A DNA stretch of 64,000 bases from Candidatus Omnitrophota bacterium (GCA_029261065.1 JAJDCB010000006.1:64284-128283), one strand, 5' to 3'; positions 43,435-52,761 are shown, numbered from the stretch's first letter. Notes: generated by a model not told the origin, from the letters alone. Numbers and translations are program-made.

Positions 43435-44243
43435 ATTTTCCAACTAATAACAGATATTAGCAGTAACATCACCCCAAACACACAAACCACACTTGCTCCC
43501 GTTGGTAAATCGAAAGAATAGGAAACAATCATTCCTATAATACTTCCGACAGTACCAATACTCCAACCAAGAATCAATCTTACACGAAGATTATCTGCTA
43601 AAATCATCGCACATACAGCTGGGATGACTAAAAAGGAAAAAACAAGCAAGACTCCTGCAATTTTAACAGAACTTGTCACAACAAAAGCAAAAGTAACATA
43701 AAAAAGAAAATCCCAGCCTCTCACGTTCAAACCTTGCTCAAAAGCTTTCTCTGGATTTTGAGAAATTAGATAGAATTGTTTTCTAAAAACAAAATGAATC
43801 ACACCCATTAGAGAGTAGATAATTAATATTCTCCCTACTTCTTTTGGACTTACCAACAAAATGTTTCCAAGAAGCGATTGACGAATATGCTCTGTTCCCT
43901 CGCCCGAATAACTCAACACAATAAGCATCAGAGCCGAAGAAACAACATACACAATTCCAATAATAGCCTCATGAGGAATCTTTTGTTTTTTGAATCGTGT
44001 TAAAGCAAATAATCCAGCACCAATGACTGTAAAGGTTAAAGAAATCATATAACCTTGTATGCTTTCCATTTCAAAACCGAACAATATTGCACAACTAGCC
44101 CCTAACACAGCGATCTGGGCAAGTGCTAAGTCAACGAAAATAACCTGACGCTCGATAACATGAAATCCCAAATAGGCATGAATACCAGTTAACACTAAAC
44201 ATGCCATGAAAGGAATTATCATTATTTGCAAGAACTCAATCAT
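43428..44243 (-). CDS. Zn/Mn-type ABC transporter permease (ZnuB-like)
   Basis: FVDLALAQIAVLG, EAIIGIVY, LLGNILLV, GVLLVFSFLVIPA, DLPTGA. Confidence 0.88.
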   Translation of the reverse strand: MIEFLQIMIIPFMACLVLTGIHAYLGFHVIERQVIFVDLALAQIAVLGASCAILFGFEMESIQGYMISLTFTVIGAGLFALTRFKKQKIPHEAIIGIVYVVSSALMLIVLSYSGEGTEHIRQSLLGNILLVSPKEVGRILIIYSLMGVIHFVFRKQFYLISQNPEKAFEQGLNVRGWDFLFYVTFAFVVTSSVKIAGVLLVFSFLVIPAVCAMILADNLRVRLILGWSIGTVGSIIGMIVSYSFDLPTGASVVCVFGVMLLLISVISWKMR

Positions 44244-45156
44244 GATTAAACCCTTCCTTTAGATTTTTAACAATAAAATCCATCAAACTAAAATAATCAC
44301 TTACTTCTTTGGTTCCGCCAACAGAAATAGGCGTAACAACAACATTAACCTTTACTCTTTCGGCTACATACTGAGCTGCATCGTCTTTGTACACATTCTC
44401 CACAAGAATGACTTTTACTTTCTCTCGATTAACAACATCGATAATACTTTTTAGATGTGTTGGAGAAGGTGGCACCCCTGGTTTGGGTTCTAACTCTCCA
44501 ACAATTTCAAACCCAAATCGATTTGCAAAGTATACCAAGCTTTTATGATACGTAATAACTTTTTCACCAACATAGGGAGATAATATTTCTTCCCATTCAA
44601 TCAACTTTTCATCAATTAAAGTACTGAACCTTGACAAATTTCTATCAAATATTAATTTGTCTTCTGGTGAAATTCTACTTAATCGATTAGCAATACTTGT
44701 TGCGACAAACTTCATATTCAACGGGTCTAACCAATAATGCGGATTACCACTAGCATGAATATCTCCCATAGAACGGTCGACTTGTCTAAGGACATTTAAC
44801 GGTTTGATTCCTATTGAAGCATCCAAGTGTCCATCACGACCAATCTGAATATTAGGATTACGAGAACCCTCCAATATCAATGGTTCATAGCCAACTTCTA
44901 GTTCTAATCCTATACGAATAAACAAGTCCGCTCTTTTAGCTTTAATCATGTAGGATGGTTTAGCTTGTAGAAAATGATAATTCTGATTACCTTTTCCTAA
45001 ACTATAGACCTTAACCTTATCTCCACCAATATACTCGACAACAGATTTCAAATCCGTTGTTGTTGTTACAACATTGATAACTTCTGCCTGGGTAGGCGTT
45101 GCTGAAAACAGCAACGCGTACCCAAGCAATATAAGAGTACTTATTATTTTGCTCAT
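44236..45156 (-). CDS. ZnuA/TroA-type metal-binding protein
   Basis: VVTTTTDL, YH, GNPHYWLDP, YHKS, EPKPGVPPSP. Confidence 0.9.
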   Translation of the reverse strand: MSKIISTLILLGYALLFSATPTQAEVINVVTTTTDLKSVVEYIGGDKVKVYSLGKGNQNYHFLQAKPSYMIKAKRADLFIRIGLELEVGYEPLILEGSRNPNIQIGRDGHLDASIGIKPLNVLRQVDRSMGDIHASGNPHYWLDPLNMKFVATSIANRLSRISPEDKLIFDRNLSRFSTLIDEKLIEWEEILSPYVGEKVITYHKSLVYFANRFGFEIVGELEPKPGVPPSPTHLKSIIDVVNREKVKVILVENVYKDDAAQYVAERVKVNVVVTPISVGGTKEVSDYFSLMDFIVKNLKEGFNHD

Positions 45157-45165
45157 AACTCCCCC

Positions 45166-46389
45166 TTACCGATACGCATGTGGTTTATGTGGCCCGATAG
45201 AAAAGTCGAGCTGTAACCACACTGTATTATCATCTGAGGTTTCGTTATCAGTATGCGTAAACATTGCCCTCCAAAACACATACTCACTTTGTGCAAATGT
45301 AAGACCCGTAGAATAAGCATGCGTGTCTACTTCTGAGCTGCTCGGTGTTTGACTAAAATCATAACGGCCAAAAGCCCACCAACGATCAGTAAGTTGTTGT
45401 TCAAGAGATGTAAACATACCCCAAGAATTAATGTCATCGCCTGCTGCTTGTTCACGAACATTAAACAACGCTTCTGTATGTGATGTCGTACGTTTATTAA
45501 CAAACAACTCTGTGCTATTAATGGTTAAATCAACACCCGTGATTCGTGATTCTGCACCATTGCCATCACCATTTTCTCCAAAGGAAAAAGTGTTTCCAAT
45601 TTCAAATGAAGTTTCATCTGTGATGTCGAAGAAATTCTTAAGATGAGCTAAATAAACGGTCTCCCCATCTTCTCCTCCACCAAAGACTGTTGAACCATTA
45701 TTAAACGCTTCGAGTGTAATCTCAGAATAGATATCGGCAGGGTTAAGAATCAAATAACTTAAACTTGCTCCGGCCTCACTGTTTCCTTCTTCTCCAAGAA
45801 AATTCTGAACAACAAGCGGATAATCACTCCAAGGTAATTGATGTAAATGCATCTTATTTGTTTTTCCCATGTATGGCCTAAACTTTCCAAACTTACCTTG
45901 TAAATTCTCAATGGGTGTTTCAAGCAAAGTCAGATAACCTTCTTCTAAAGCAACCTCTGTACTGCCATCTTCATTTTCAATGGCAACAATCACATCACCA
46001 CGCGCATAGGTGTCAACATTAGCAGAAAATGCCACCTCTACTTCACGCATGTTAAATTGATTATCACCCTCCCCACCGTTTTTATCAGACTTATAAATAA
46101 AGTCGCCGATAACACTAACTTGCGGGTTAAGAGTAGATAAGGCGCTTACCGGTTGATTTATGTCAGCTTTCTCCAACCCTTCAACACGCATTTGCAACCG
46201 TTCTATTTCTTGCTTATCTTTAGACGATTGAATTTGTTTTTCTTGTTCAAGCTGTTCAATTCGTCCTTGCATCTCACCCATCTGAACTTGCATGGTTTGA
46301 AACATACTTTTTAATTCAGATAACTCATCTGCATGTGCACAAGAGCACATAGCAAAAAGCACAAAAGCACTTAATATAAACTTTTTCAT
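45166..46389 (-). CDS. outer-membrane beta-barrel associated with metal uptake
   Basis: Signal peptide, coiled coil, NPQVSVIGD, EVALEEGY, HLH, C-terminal GPHKPHAY. Confidence 0.7.
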   Translation of the reverse strand: MKKFILSAFVLFAMCSCAHADELSELKSMFQTMQVQMGEMQGRIEQLEQEKQIQSSKDKQEIERLQMRVEGLEKADINQPVSALSTLNPQVSVIGDFIYKSDKNGGEGDNQFNMREVEVAFSANVDTYARGDVIVAIENEDGSTEVALEEGYLTLLETPIENLQGKFGKFRPYMGKTNKMHLHQLPWSDYPLVVQNFLGEEGNSEAGASLSYLILNPADIYSEITLEAFNNGSTVFGGGEDGETVYLAHLKNFFDITDETSFEIGNTFSFGENGDGNGAESRITGVDLTINSTELFVNKRTTSHTEALFNVREQAAGDDINSWGMFTSLEQQLTDRWWAFGRYDFSQTPSSSEVDTHAYSTGLTFAQSEYVFWRAMFTHTDNETSDDNTVWLQLDFSIGPHKPHAYR

Positions 46390-46517
46390 AAAAACCCCTC
46401 CAATTGGAAGACTGCAATAAACAGTCTCTTAGATAGACCTATCCGTAAGATAGACTAATAACTTAGTTTGAATTTGTAACTTCTGAATGGAATTTCTTTA
46501 ACGATAGAAATTTCGAA

Positions 46518-46814
46518 TTAAACTAAACTTGGAGGGCCCCGAGGGGATGGAAGGTAAAAATCAACCCTTGATTTGATTGATTGAAAAACATTTGTTACAT
46601 GACGCTGAACCTTAATTTTTAATGCTGCAATTGCAACAACAATAGAAATTAAAGCTTGCACTAAAAATTGATAAAGTGGACATTCCTGCTCTGTCCCATG
46701 TTCATGATCGTGAACTTGGCTGTGAAAATACTCACCCCCAATAGACAAAAAAGCAAAGCCCAAAAGCGCAAAGCAAAGAAATATAATTGGAATTTTTTTA
46801 TTTATTTTAATCAT
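46518..46814 (-). CDS. small His-rich leader protein ending LPSPRGPPSLV (DUF2946/CruR-like candidate arrest peptide)
   Basis: 98 aa; N-terminal TM/signal, HSQVHDHEH...ECPL, C-terminal RGPP. Confidence 0.75.
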   Translation of the reverse strand: MIKINKKIPIIFLCFALLGFAFLSIGGEYFHSQVHDHEHGTEQECPLYQFLVQALISIVVAIAALKIKVQRHVTNVFQSIKSRVDFYLPSPRGPPSLV

Positions 46815-46837
46815 TTTTTACTCAATATTGAAGTATG

Positions 46838-46866
46838 AGGCTATCAAAATTAATCAAATCTGTCAA
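46838..46866 (-). promoter_or_regulatory. sigma70 promoter of the RGPP leader operon
   Basis: TTGACA-17 bp-(TGA)TAGCCT; palindrome TCAATATTGA just downstream at 46822-46831. Confidence 0.65.
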
Positions 46867-46965
46867 TCAACCTATTTCATAAGCAAAAAAAATTTTAAAT
46901 CTCTTCTTTCAACCTACATTTCATAAAACAGCAATCGTAATCGGGGAACACCTAACGACCTAACA

Positions 46966-47373
46966 CTATTGATTCATATTCTCAATCCAAATACGTATAG
47001 GCAGCAATGCATAAGCTGCAAAGACAGATATAGCCAAAAGAATTGTGGAGACAATAAGAATTCTTTTTTGCCATTTGAGAATTCTCTGATCTTTGATATT
47101 GCAAGCCGCCCCCTCTTGCGCCATCTTGTTCCCTAACTGTGATAAAGCATACCAGCAATAACCAAGCATCAATGCCGTTATACCGAAGGTATAAACCTTG
47201 TATTTCGCGATCGTTCCTAACCAAGGAACATTAGAAAATAACGAAGCCACAGCGCCTCCTAATCCTATTGAAACAAGGGCTATAGGTAACGCACAACAGG
47301 TCGTTGAGAGAATCGCTAAACCTGTTCCGGTAAAGAGCGTTGTATTTGTCTTGATATTATTTTTTTTATCCAT
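46966..47373 (-). CDS. MerT-like inner-membrane metal transporter
   Basis: STTCCALPIALVSIGLGGA in TM1, three TMs, loop Cys (AAC). Confidence 0.75.
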   Translation of the reverse strand: MDKKNNIKTNTTLFTGTGLAILSTTCCALPIALVSIGLGGAVASLFSNVPWLGTIAKYKVYTFGITALMLGYCWYALSQLGNKMAQEGAACNIKDQRILKWQKRILIVSTILLAISVFAAYALLPIRIWIENMNQ

Positions 47374-48243
47374 TTAAAAACTCCATCCCATTCCGACATC
47401 TAATTGATGGCCGAATGAAACTGATTCATCTAATGCATTTTCATAAATAGGAATGGTATAAACAATTTTGGCAATCATAGAGCCTTGGAAATAAACGAAG
47501 CCCGGCCCCAACATCACCCGAGTCCCAGCATTATTCCCAGAAATCTTTGAACCACCTTCCTTATACCTAAGCCCATAATCAAGTTGAATAGATGCCCCAG
47601 CACTCTTTTTTCCATTATGATAAATTGCTTTTCCTAAAGTCATATCGAGACCAAATAAATTCCCCTCATGTTGATCTCTCGTTCCCTCATTATTGATCCA
47701 ATAGAAAAAATCAACCCCAGCTAAATAATAAGGACTTTCAGCGCCATAACTCAAGGACACCCCCACATCTGTACTCCCATCCCCAATCGGATAATCACCA
47801 CTTGTTTTACCTGACGGAATACGAAGGCTTGGTGTAAAGCTAAAGTTATTCGTCCAATTTCTGTGGTTGATATATTTTCTTAAAGGCGTTCCGATAATAA
47901 TGTCACCCAAACCGCGGTCATGCTGCCTGACAGCTTTTCCACCAATTTCAGTCACACGCATTTTATCGACGTATGGAATCTTAATAGTGATCCGTTTGGA
48001 TCGATCCCACGTATAAACACCTTCCAACCATGTTGTATCAACTCGCCGTTCCTTGCCTAAAGGATTTGCGATTTCGTCATCGCCAGACAACAATGTATCG
48101 GAGGCACGGTATTCATGGCGAATCTGAAATCCTTTTCCCCCAGCCCAGCGAGGCGCTTCGTTCATCACAGGTTGATCGGCGCGAGCTGGAGTTATCAAAG
48201 CCAGACACACTCCTATACTGAGTAATATTTTAAACCATTTCAT
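47374..48243 (-). CDS. outer-membrane beta-barrel (MetA-pathway/transporter-like)
   Basis: Signal peptide, KIPYVDK, GLGDI, RIPSG, GDGSTD, terminal GWSF. Confidence 0.65.
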   Translation of the reverse strand: MKWFKILLSIGVCLALITPARADQPVMNEAPRWAGGKGFQIRHEYRASDTLLSGDDEIANPLGKERRVDTTWLEGVYTWDRSKRITIKIPYVDKMRVTEIGGKAVRQHDRGLGDIIIGTPLRKYINHRNWTNNFSFTPSLRIPSGKTSGDYPIGDGSTDVGVSLSYGAESPYYLAGVDFFYWINNEGTRDQHEGNLFGLDMTLGKAIYHNGKKSAGASIQLDYGLRYKEGGSKISGNNAGTRVMLGPGFVYFQGSMIAKIVYTIPIYENALDESVSFGHQLDVGMGWSF

Positions 48244-48246
48244 ACA

Positions 48247-48777
48247 CTACTCGCCTTCTATGATTGTATTAACTTCAGCCAATGGAATTGTATTTTTTTT
48301 GAGAGCCTTTATAGACTGTTCATTAACGAAAAGCTGCAACTCATAAGTTTGATTCTGCACCAACTGTTGCGCTTTATCACCTGTTAATTCGTACAACTTT
48401 TCTTGATCGTCATTAACAATGAACTTACGGTCGCCTTCATCAACAGATTGTCCCTTAACACGCATATGAAAAACTCTTGGTTCATATCCGCTCTTGCGAA
48501 TTGTTTTGGACATTTCTTGCAGATTTACGTCCTCGCCTTCTTTTAAATGAATGGTGATGATTTGATTTTCGATGTCTGATTCAACCCCCTTATGCCCTTG
48601 AGATTGATCAATGCAGCCCATCTTTGACAATCCCTTTTGCATGCCAAAGGAACAATACGCACAAACAGCTCCGTTAATTTCCAGCTTTGCCTGATTCGGC
48701 GCCACTTGCACTGCGGAGGCCCATACTTGGGTACAACTCAGAAGTAATATAGTAAATATAGAAAATATATGTTTCAT
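48247..48777 (-). CDS. exported heavy-metal-associated (HMA/MerP-like) domain protein
   Basis: Signal peptide, LEINGAVCAYCSFG, IRKSGY. Confidence 0.75.
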   Translation of the reverse strand: MKHIFSIFTILLLSCTQVWASAVQVAPNQAKLEINGAVCAYCSFGMQKGLSKMGCIDQSQGHKGVESDIENQIITIHLKEGEDVNLQEMSKTIRKSGYEPRVFHMRVKGQSVDEGDRKFIVNDDQEKLYELTGDKAQQLVQNQTYELQLFVNEQSIKALKKNTIPLAEVNTIIEGE

Positions 48778-48829
48778 AGGAATTCTCCTTTGAGACTAAT
48801 AATTAGTTGAATAAAGATTGGAAATAAAA

Positions 48830-49093
48830 CTATGAAATAGAGATTGGGGGGCGATGCTCTGTAGGTAAGACCGGCTCATCGTAGAAAAAATCTTGAGCCG
48901 AGAAGAAATGTGTGGATACTTCCGGTAAATTAATAGATTGCCTACTACTCAAAACCGCCCCAGAACATGCAAAATGACATAATACAATTCCATGCTGATG
49001 CTCCGTCTCCTCATGATGATCTTCGCAAAACGCGTCGAGCTGCAGGGAGGATACGACGAGGGCAATTAGAATTATGCTTTTTAAGAACTTCAT
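48830..49093 (-). CDS. small His/Cys-rich leader protein ending HRPPISIS, paralog of 12449-12712 (start 49093)
   Basis: 87 aa from ATG 49093, 61/87 identical to its paralog without gaps. Confidence 0.75.
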   Translation of the reverse strand: MKFLKSIILIALVVSSLQLDAFCEDHHEETEHQHGIVLCHFACSGAVLSSRQSINLPEVSTHFFSAQDFFYDEPVLPTEHRPPISIS

Positions 49094-49102
49094 AACACGA
49101 TC

Positions 49103-49131
49103 AGGATACATCAGAATATATTTTGAGTCAA
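49103..49131 (-). promoter_or_regulatory. sigma70 promoter, near-leaderless
   Basis: TTGACT-17 bp-TATCCT, 9 nt before ATG 49093. Confidence 0.65.
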
Positions 49132-49201
49132 GGGGTGGGAAGGATCAATGATATTTATAAAAACACCTAACTTCCTTTGCTAAAATTTATAAATGAAATG
49201 C

Positions 49202-49233
49202 GATTGAATCTGAAAACTTTAGGTTATGAGCCT
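49202..49233 (-). repeat. degenerate anticodon arm + T-arm of initiator tRNA-Met (att-like scar)
   Basis: Plus strand GATT-GAATCTGAAAACTTTAGGTTATGAGCCT vs tRNA reverse complement GATTTGAACCTGCGACCTTCAGGTTATGAGCCT, 27/33. Confidence 0.65.
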
Positions 49234-49311
49234 ATTATTCATTTGTTTTAAATGTTGGAGTTAAAAAGGTTAATGTGTAACAGGTAAGGTATTACGCCAA
49301 ATTTGTGTCAA

Positions 49312-50052
49312 TTATTTGAAAGACTTTCCATGCCGCTTTGGTTTCTTAAACATTAACATACACCAAGTATATCGTAGCAAGTTCATGAAAAAGTTTGAGC
49401 TGTAGTATTCTGACAACATATATTTGCTATATCTCTCAGCATGATTTCCCCACTCTTCTTTTTTATACCCCTTTCCAACTCTTTGGTAATGGTGACCTAC
49501 TTCATGATACACCACCTCCGCTAAATACATTGTATAAACAAAAGGACATAAAATCATAAACCATTTAGGATGAAATTCATAAATACTCTTTGCATAGACA
49601 TTCACAAAAGGAACCTTAGCACCCTCTCGCTTCCCATGGTATGTGCCCCATGCTTCTTTTGTAGCCTTTCTTCCAACAGGCGATGAACCAATAACTATCT
49701 TTGATAATCCTACGAAATGGTCACCTGGAACTATTTTTAAAATATTTCCGATTAAATATTCGTAATTAAAACGCCCTATTGATTTATCCTTTAATACTTC
49801 ATCTACAACATCTATGCGTATATTTGATTTTTCTGAAGTATCTTCCTTATTTGAAGTTAGAAACCCCCAGCAAAGGTTTAACAGATAACTTATTCCCAAT
49901 GCAAATAAAAGATTCTTGGTAAGAACGACGTAGTTGTCATTGAAAAATGATATTATAAAAATTATTATCCATGAGAACAAAATAATTTTGAAAATAATAG
50001 CACCTACAAAAAAAACATTTATTCTTATATCTTGTTTATCCAAAACAATCAT
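49312..50052 (-). CDS. membrane-anchored hypothetical protein with zincin-like HExxH motif
   Basis: Two N-terminal TMs; EVVYHEVGHH followed by HAERYS; extended -10 TGTTATAAT and SD AAGGA. Confidence 0.6.
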   Translation of the reverse strand: MIVLDKQDIRINVFFVGAIIFKIILFSWIIIFIISFFNDNYVVLTKNLLFALGISYLLNLCWGFLTSNKEDTSEKSNIRIDVVDEVLKDKSIGRFNYEYLIGNILKIVPGDHFVGLSKIVIGSSPVGRKATKEAWGTYHGKREGAKVPFVNVYAKSIYEFHPKWFMILCPFVYTMYLAEVVYHEVGHHYQRVGKGYKKEEWGNHAERYSKYMLSEYYSSNFFMNLLRYTWCMLMFKKPKRHGKSFK

Positions 50053-50291
50053 TTCCTTTTGAGTAACATTATAACATTAATTAATCATAAATTTTAAACA
50101 TGACAAAGCGTCGTAAGTATTTGAGATTAAAAGGGGTTCTATAGAGTAGGTAGAATTTGTATCACCCTCTACTCGATTTTGAAGATTAAGACGTTGGGCA
50201 GCACTCATTTTATGGTTAGAATTAAGATTCAAGTGTCCCTTGAATTTTATTCCCAATAATTTAGCAGCTTCTGACACATTTTGCTTTCTAG

Positions 50292-51542
50292 TTATTCTTC
50301 CGCTGCGGATAGTCCTGCTAAATAACCTGTCGAGAAGGCTGCTTGAAGATTAAATCCACCTGTGTCCGCATCAATATCCATCATCTCTCCTGTAAAATAT
50401 AAATCACGAACCACCTTCGATTGCATTGTTCTTGGATCGACATCTTTAAGGGAAACGCCGCCTTGTGTCACCATTCCGCTATTCAAAGGTCTTGAACCTG
50501 TCACTTCAAGCGTTAAGGCCTTCAGAGATTCTTGAACGCGTCGGATTTCTTTAAGCTTCATCGTCTCAGATCGGCGAGATCCATCAATCGTAACAAGCTT
50601 AAAGAATGTCTCAATAAAAATACTTGGAAAGAAACTTGCTAGGGCGTCTTCCACCTTCCGTTTTGGATCCGCTTTAAGCTCCCGCACGACGCGCGCCTCA
50701 ACTTCCTCAGGCGTCATTCCAGGCTTTAGATCAATCTTAACAAGAACCTTTTCTCCCTTGGCTAACCAATCAACCACTTCTCCACTCATCTCTAAAGATA
50801 ACGCACCAGAAATCCCCTGAAGCATAAACATCACCTCACCAATCGGTGTTACTTTTTTCTTCTTCCCGTGCTTAAATGTCAGACGAACATTCTTTAAAAA
50901 GAAGCCTCTTAACTTTTGAGGAAACTTTTCTTTTGTAATCAACGGAACAAGCGAGGGTCTTAAGTCTACTTTTCGATGACTCAACTTCTCAGCCATTTCA
51001 ATCCCATCTCCCGAGGAACCTGTTCCTGCAAAAGAAGCACCACCCGTTGCTAAAATAATTTTATCGCACAACTCCTTTGTCCCATCTTCAAATAGAATCC
51101 CTGAAGCTTTATTGTCCGTAACAATAATATCTTTAATGCGCGCATTATAATGAATATGCACACCACGTTCCCTTAATACCTTACGTAATGCTTCCACCAC
51201 ATCGGGAGCTTCATGCTTTAAAGGAAACACTCTTTGTTGACGCCCCACCTGACACTCTATTCCCTGCTCTTTAAAAAAGGCAATGATATCTTCACTCGAG
51301 AACGCCTTAAGGGCATCTCTTAAAAAATGACCATTGCGCGCAAAACGTACAAAAAAATCTTCTTTTGCACAAGCATTTGTAATGTTACATTTACCTTTAC
51401 CTGTTAAGAGAACCTTCCTTCCTAAAACATCATTTCGTTCAAATAAAGATGTATGACATCCATGCTTAGATGCAGAAATAGCCGCCATCATACCCGCAGC
51501 ACCTCCCCCAATAACAAAAACTTTTTTTAAATTATCCGACAT
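50292..51542 (-). CDS. HI0933/BaiN/YhiN family flavoprotein
   Basis: GGGAAGMMAA, GRKVLLTGKGKCNITN, LATGGAS, TQGGV, TGGFNLQAA. Confidence 0.9.
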   Translation of the reverse strand: MSDNLKKVFVIGGGAAGMMAAISASKHGCHTSLFERNDVLGRKVLLTGKGKCNITNACAKEDFFVRFARNGHFLRDALKAFSSEDIIAFFKEQGIECQVGRQQRVFPLKHEAPDVVEALRKVLRERGVHIHYNARIKDIIVTDNKASGILFEDGTKELCDKIILATGGASFAGTGSSGDGIEMAEKLSHRKVDLRPSLVPLITKEKFPQKLRGFFLKNVRLTFKHGKKKKVTPIGEVMFMLQGISGALSLEMSGEVVDWLAKGEKVLVKIDLKPGMTPEEVEARVVRELKADPKRKVEDALASFFPSIFIETFFKLVTIDGSRRSETMKLKEIRRVQESLKALTLEVTGSRPLNSGMVTQGGVSLKDVDPRTMQSKVVRDLYFTGEMMDIDADTGGFNLQAAFSTGYLAGLSAAEE

Positions 51543-52761
51543 AAGAATCTACACCTTTAGCTGCAACAACACCACTTGCCCATGCCCATTGAAAATTAAA
51601 TCCACCAATGCGTCCATCGACATCAAGAATTTCTCCGCAGAAGAATAATCCGGGTGAATGTTTGGATTCAAGCGTTTTAGAATGAACCTCCTTAAAAGAG
51701 ATTCCTCCAGCCGTAACCTCGGCTTTTCCATAACCTACTGCACCTGTAATCGGCAATTCATACGCTTCTAAAAACGCAATCAACTTCTTACGATTTATCT
51801 TTGCTAATTGTAAAACTGAAATAGAAGACTCTAGATCTAAGTAAGTTAACACCGCCGTACTAAACCTTTGCGGGAAATATTCATTTAAGAAACTTTTTAT
51901 ATTTTTCTTAGGATACTTCACAACAAAAACATCAAGAGCTTCTTGAACACCTTTAAGAAAACACGCATTTAACACAACAGCATGATCTCCTCGCTTCCTA
52001 AGCCAATGACGACTTAAGTCAAGAACGCCTAGACCACTCACTCCAAAATGGGTAAATAGCAGATCCGTTTCTTTCTCTAAATGTTTCTTCCCATCAACGC
52101 GTAACGTTAAAGTCGTCTTGACACTTACACCCATCAAAGACGTCCAAATATTTTTATTCATCCTAAGGGGTGTCAGCGCGGGACTCGTAGCCACCGTTGT
52201 GTGCGCATACTTCTTAGCTATTTTATATCCACTCCCATCACTTCCTGTATTTGGATAAGACAATCCACCCGTTGCAATAATAACACTTTTTGAATCATAC
52301 ATCGTGTTCCCAACATAAACGGCATAACCTAAAGAGCCCTTTGAAATTTTGGTAACTTTATTCTCTGTTTTAAGGATAACCCCGACATCCTTAACCTTCT
52401 TAAGAAGACCTTCAAGAACAGTTTTAGCCCTTTGCGTTTTGGGATAGCACTGACCCTTCTTCTCTTCTATTAACGGCACATCTATTTTCTTAAAAAAAGT
52501 AATCGTTTCTTCAGGGGGAAAAAACCGAAGAATATTACGAACAACCTTGGGGTGTTCGCTGCAATAATCCTTTTCCGTAACAGCACGATTGGTCACATTA
52601 CACCGCGTACCACCAGACATGAGAATCTTAGCGCCTACTTGTTTTTGGCTATCTAAAAGAAGAGTGCTTCGGCCGTATTCTGCCAGCTCAATAGACGCCA
52701 TTAAACCTGCAGCTCCAGCTCCTATAACAATACAATCCCATTGTTTTATGTCTTTATTCAT
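51532..52761 (-). CDS. HI0933/BaiN/YhiN family flavoprotein (second paralog)
   Basis: GAGAAGLMA, GAKILMSGGTRCNVTN, LFTHFGVSG, VTAGGI, IGGFNFQWAW. Confidence 0.9.
   Translation of the reverse strand: MNKDIKQWDCIVIGAGAAGLMASIELAEYGRSTLLLDSQKQVGAKILMSGGTRCNVTNRAVTEKDYCSEHPKVVRNILRFFPPEETITFFKKIDVPLIEEKKGQCYPKTQRAKTVLEGLLKKVKDVGVILKTENKVTKISKGSLGYAVYVGNTMYDSKSVIIATGGLSYPNTGSDGSGYKIAKKYAHTTVATSPALTPLRMNKNIWTSLMGVSVKTTLTLRVDGKKHLEKETDLLFTHFGVSGLGVLDLSRHWLRKRGDHAVVLNACFLKGVQEALDVFVVKYPKKNIKSFLNEYFPQRFSTAVLTYLDLESSISVLQLAKINRKKLIAFLEAYELPITGAVGYGKAEVTAGGISFKEVHSKTLESKHSPGLFFCGEILDVDGRIGGFNFQWAWASGVVAAKGVDSYVG

Noticed and set aside
43248-43521. Two short plus-strand ORFs; possible 6S RNA or riboswitch
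   Set aside because: They overlap the tRNA fragment and boundary motif. The stem is too short for 6S and no riboswitch consensus was recognised.
46950-46964. Integron attC site suggested by tandem GTTAGGT on the minus strand
   Set aside because: No matching inverse core (RYYYAAC) or L-box hairpin, and no intI.
46966-48777. Mercury resistance operon
   Set aside because: No merA, merB or merR in the window.
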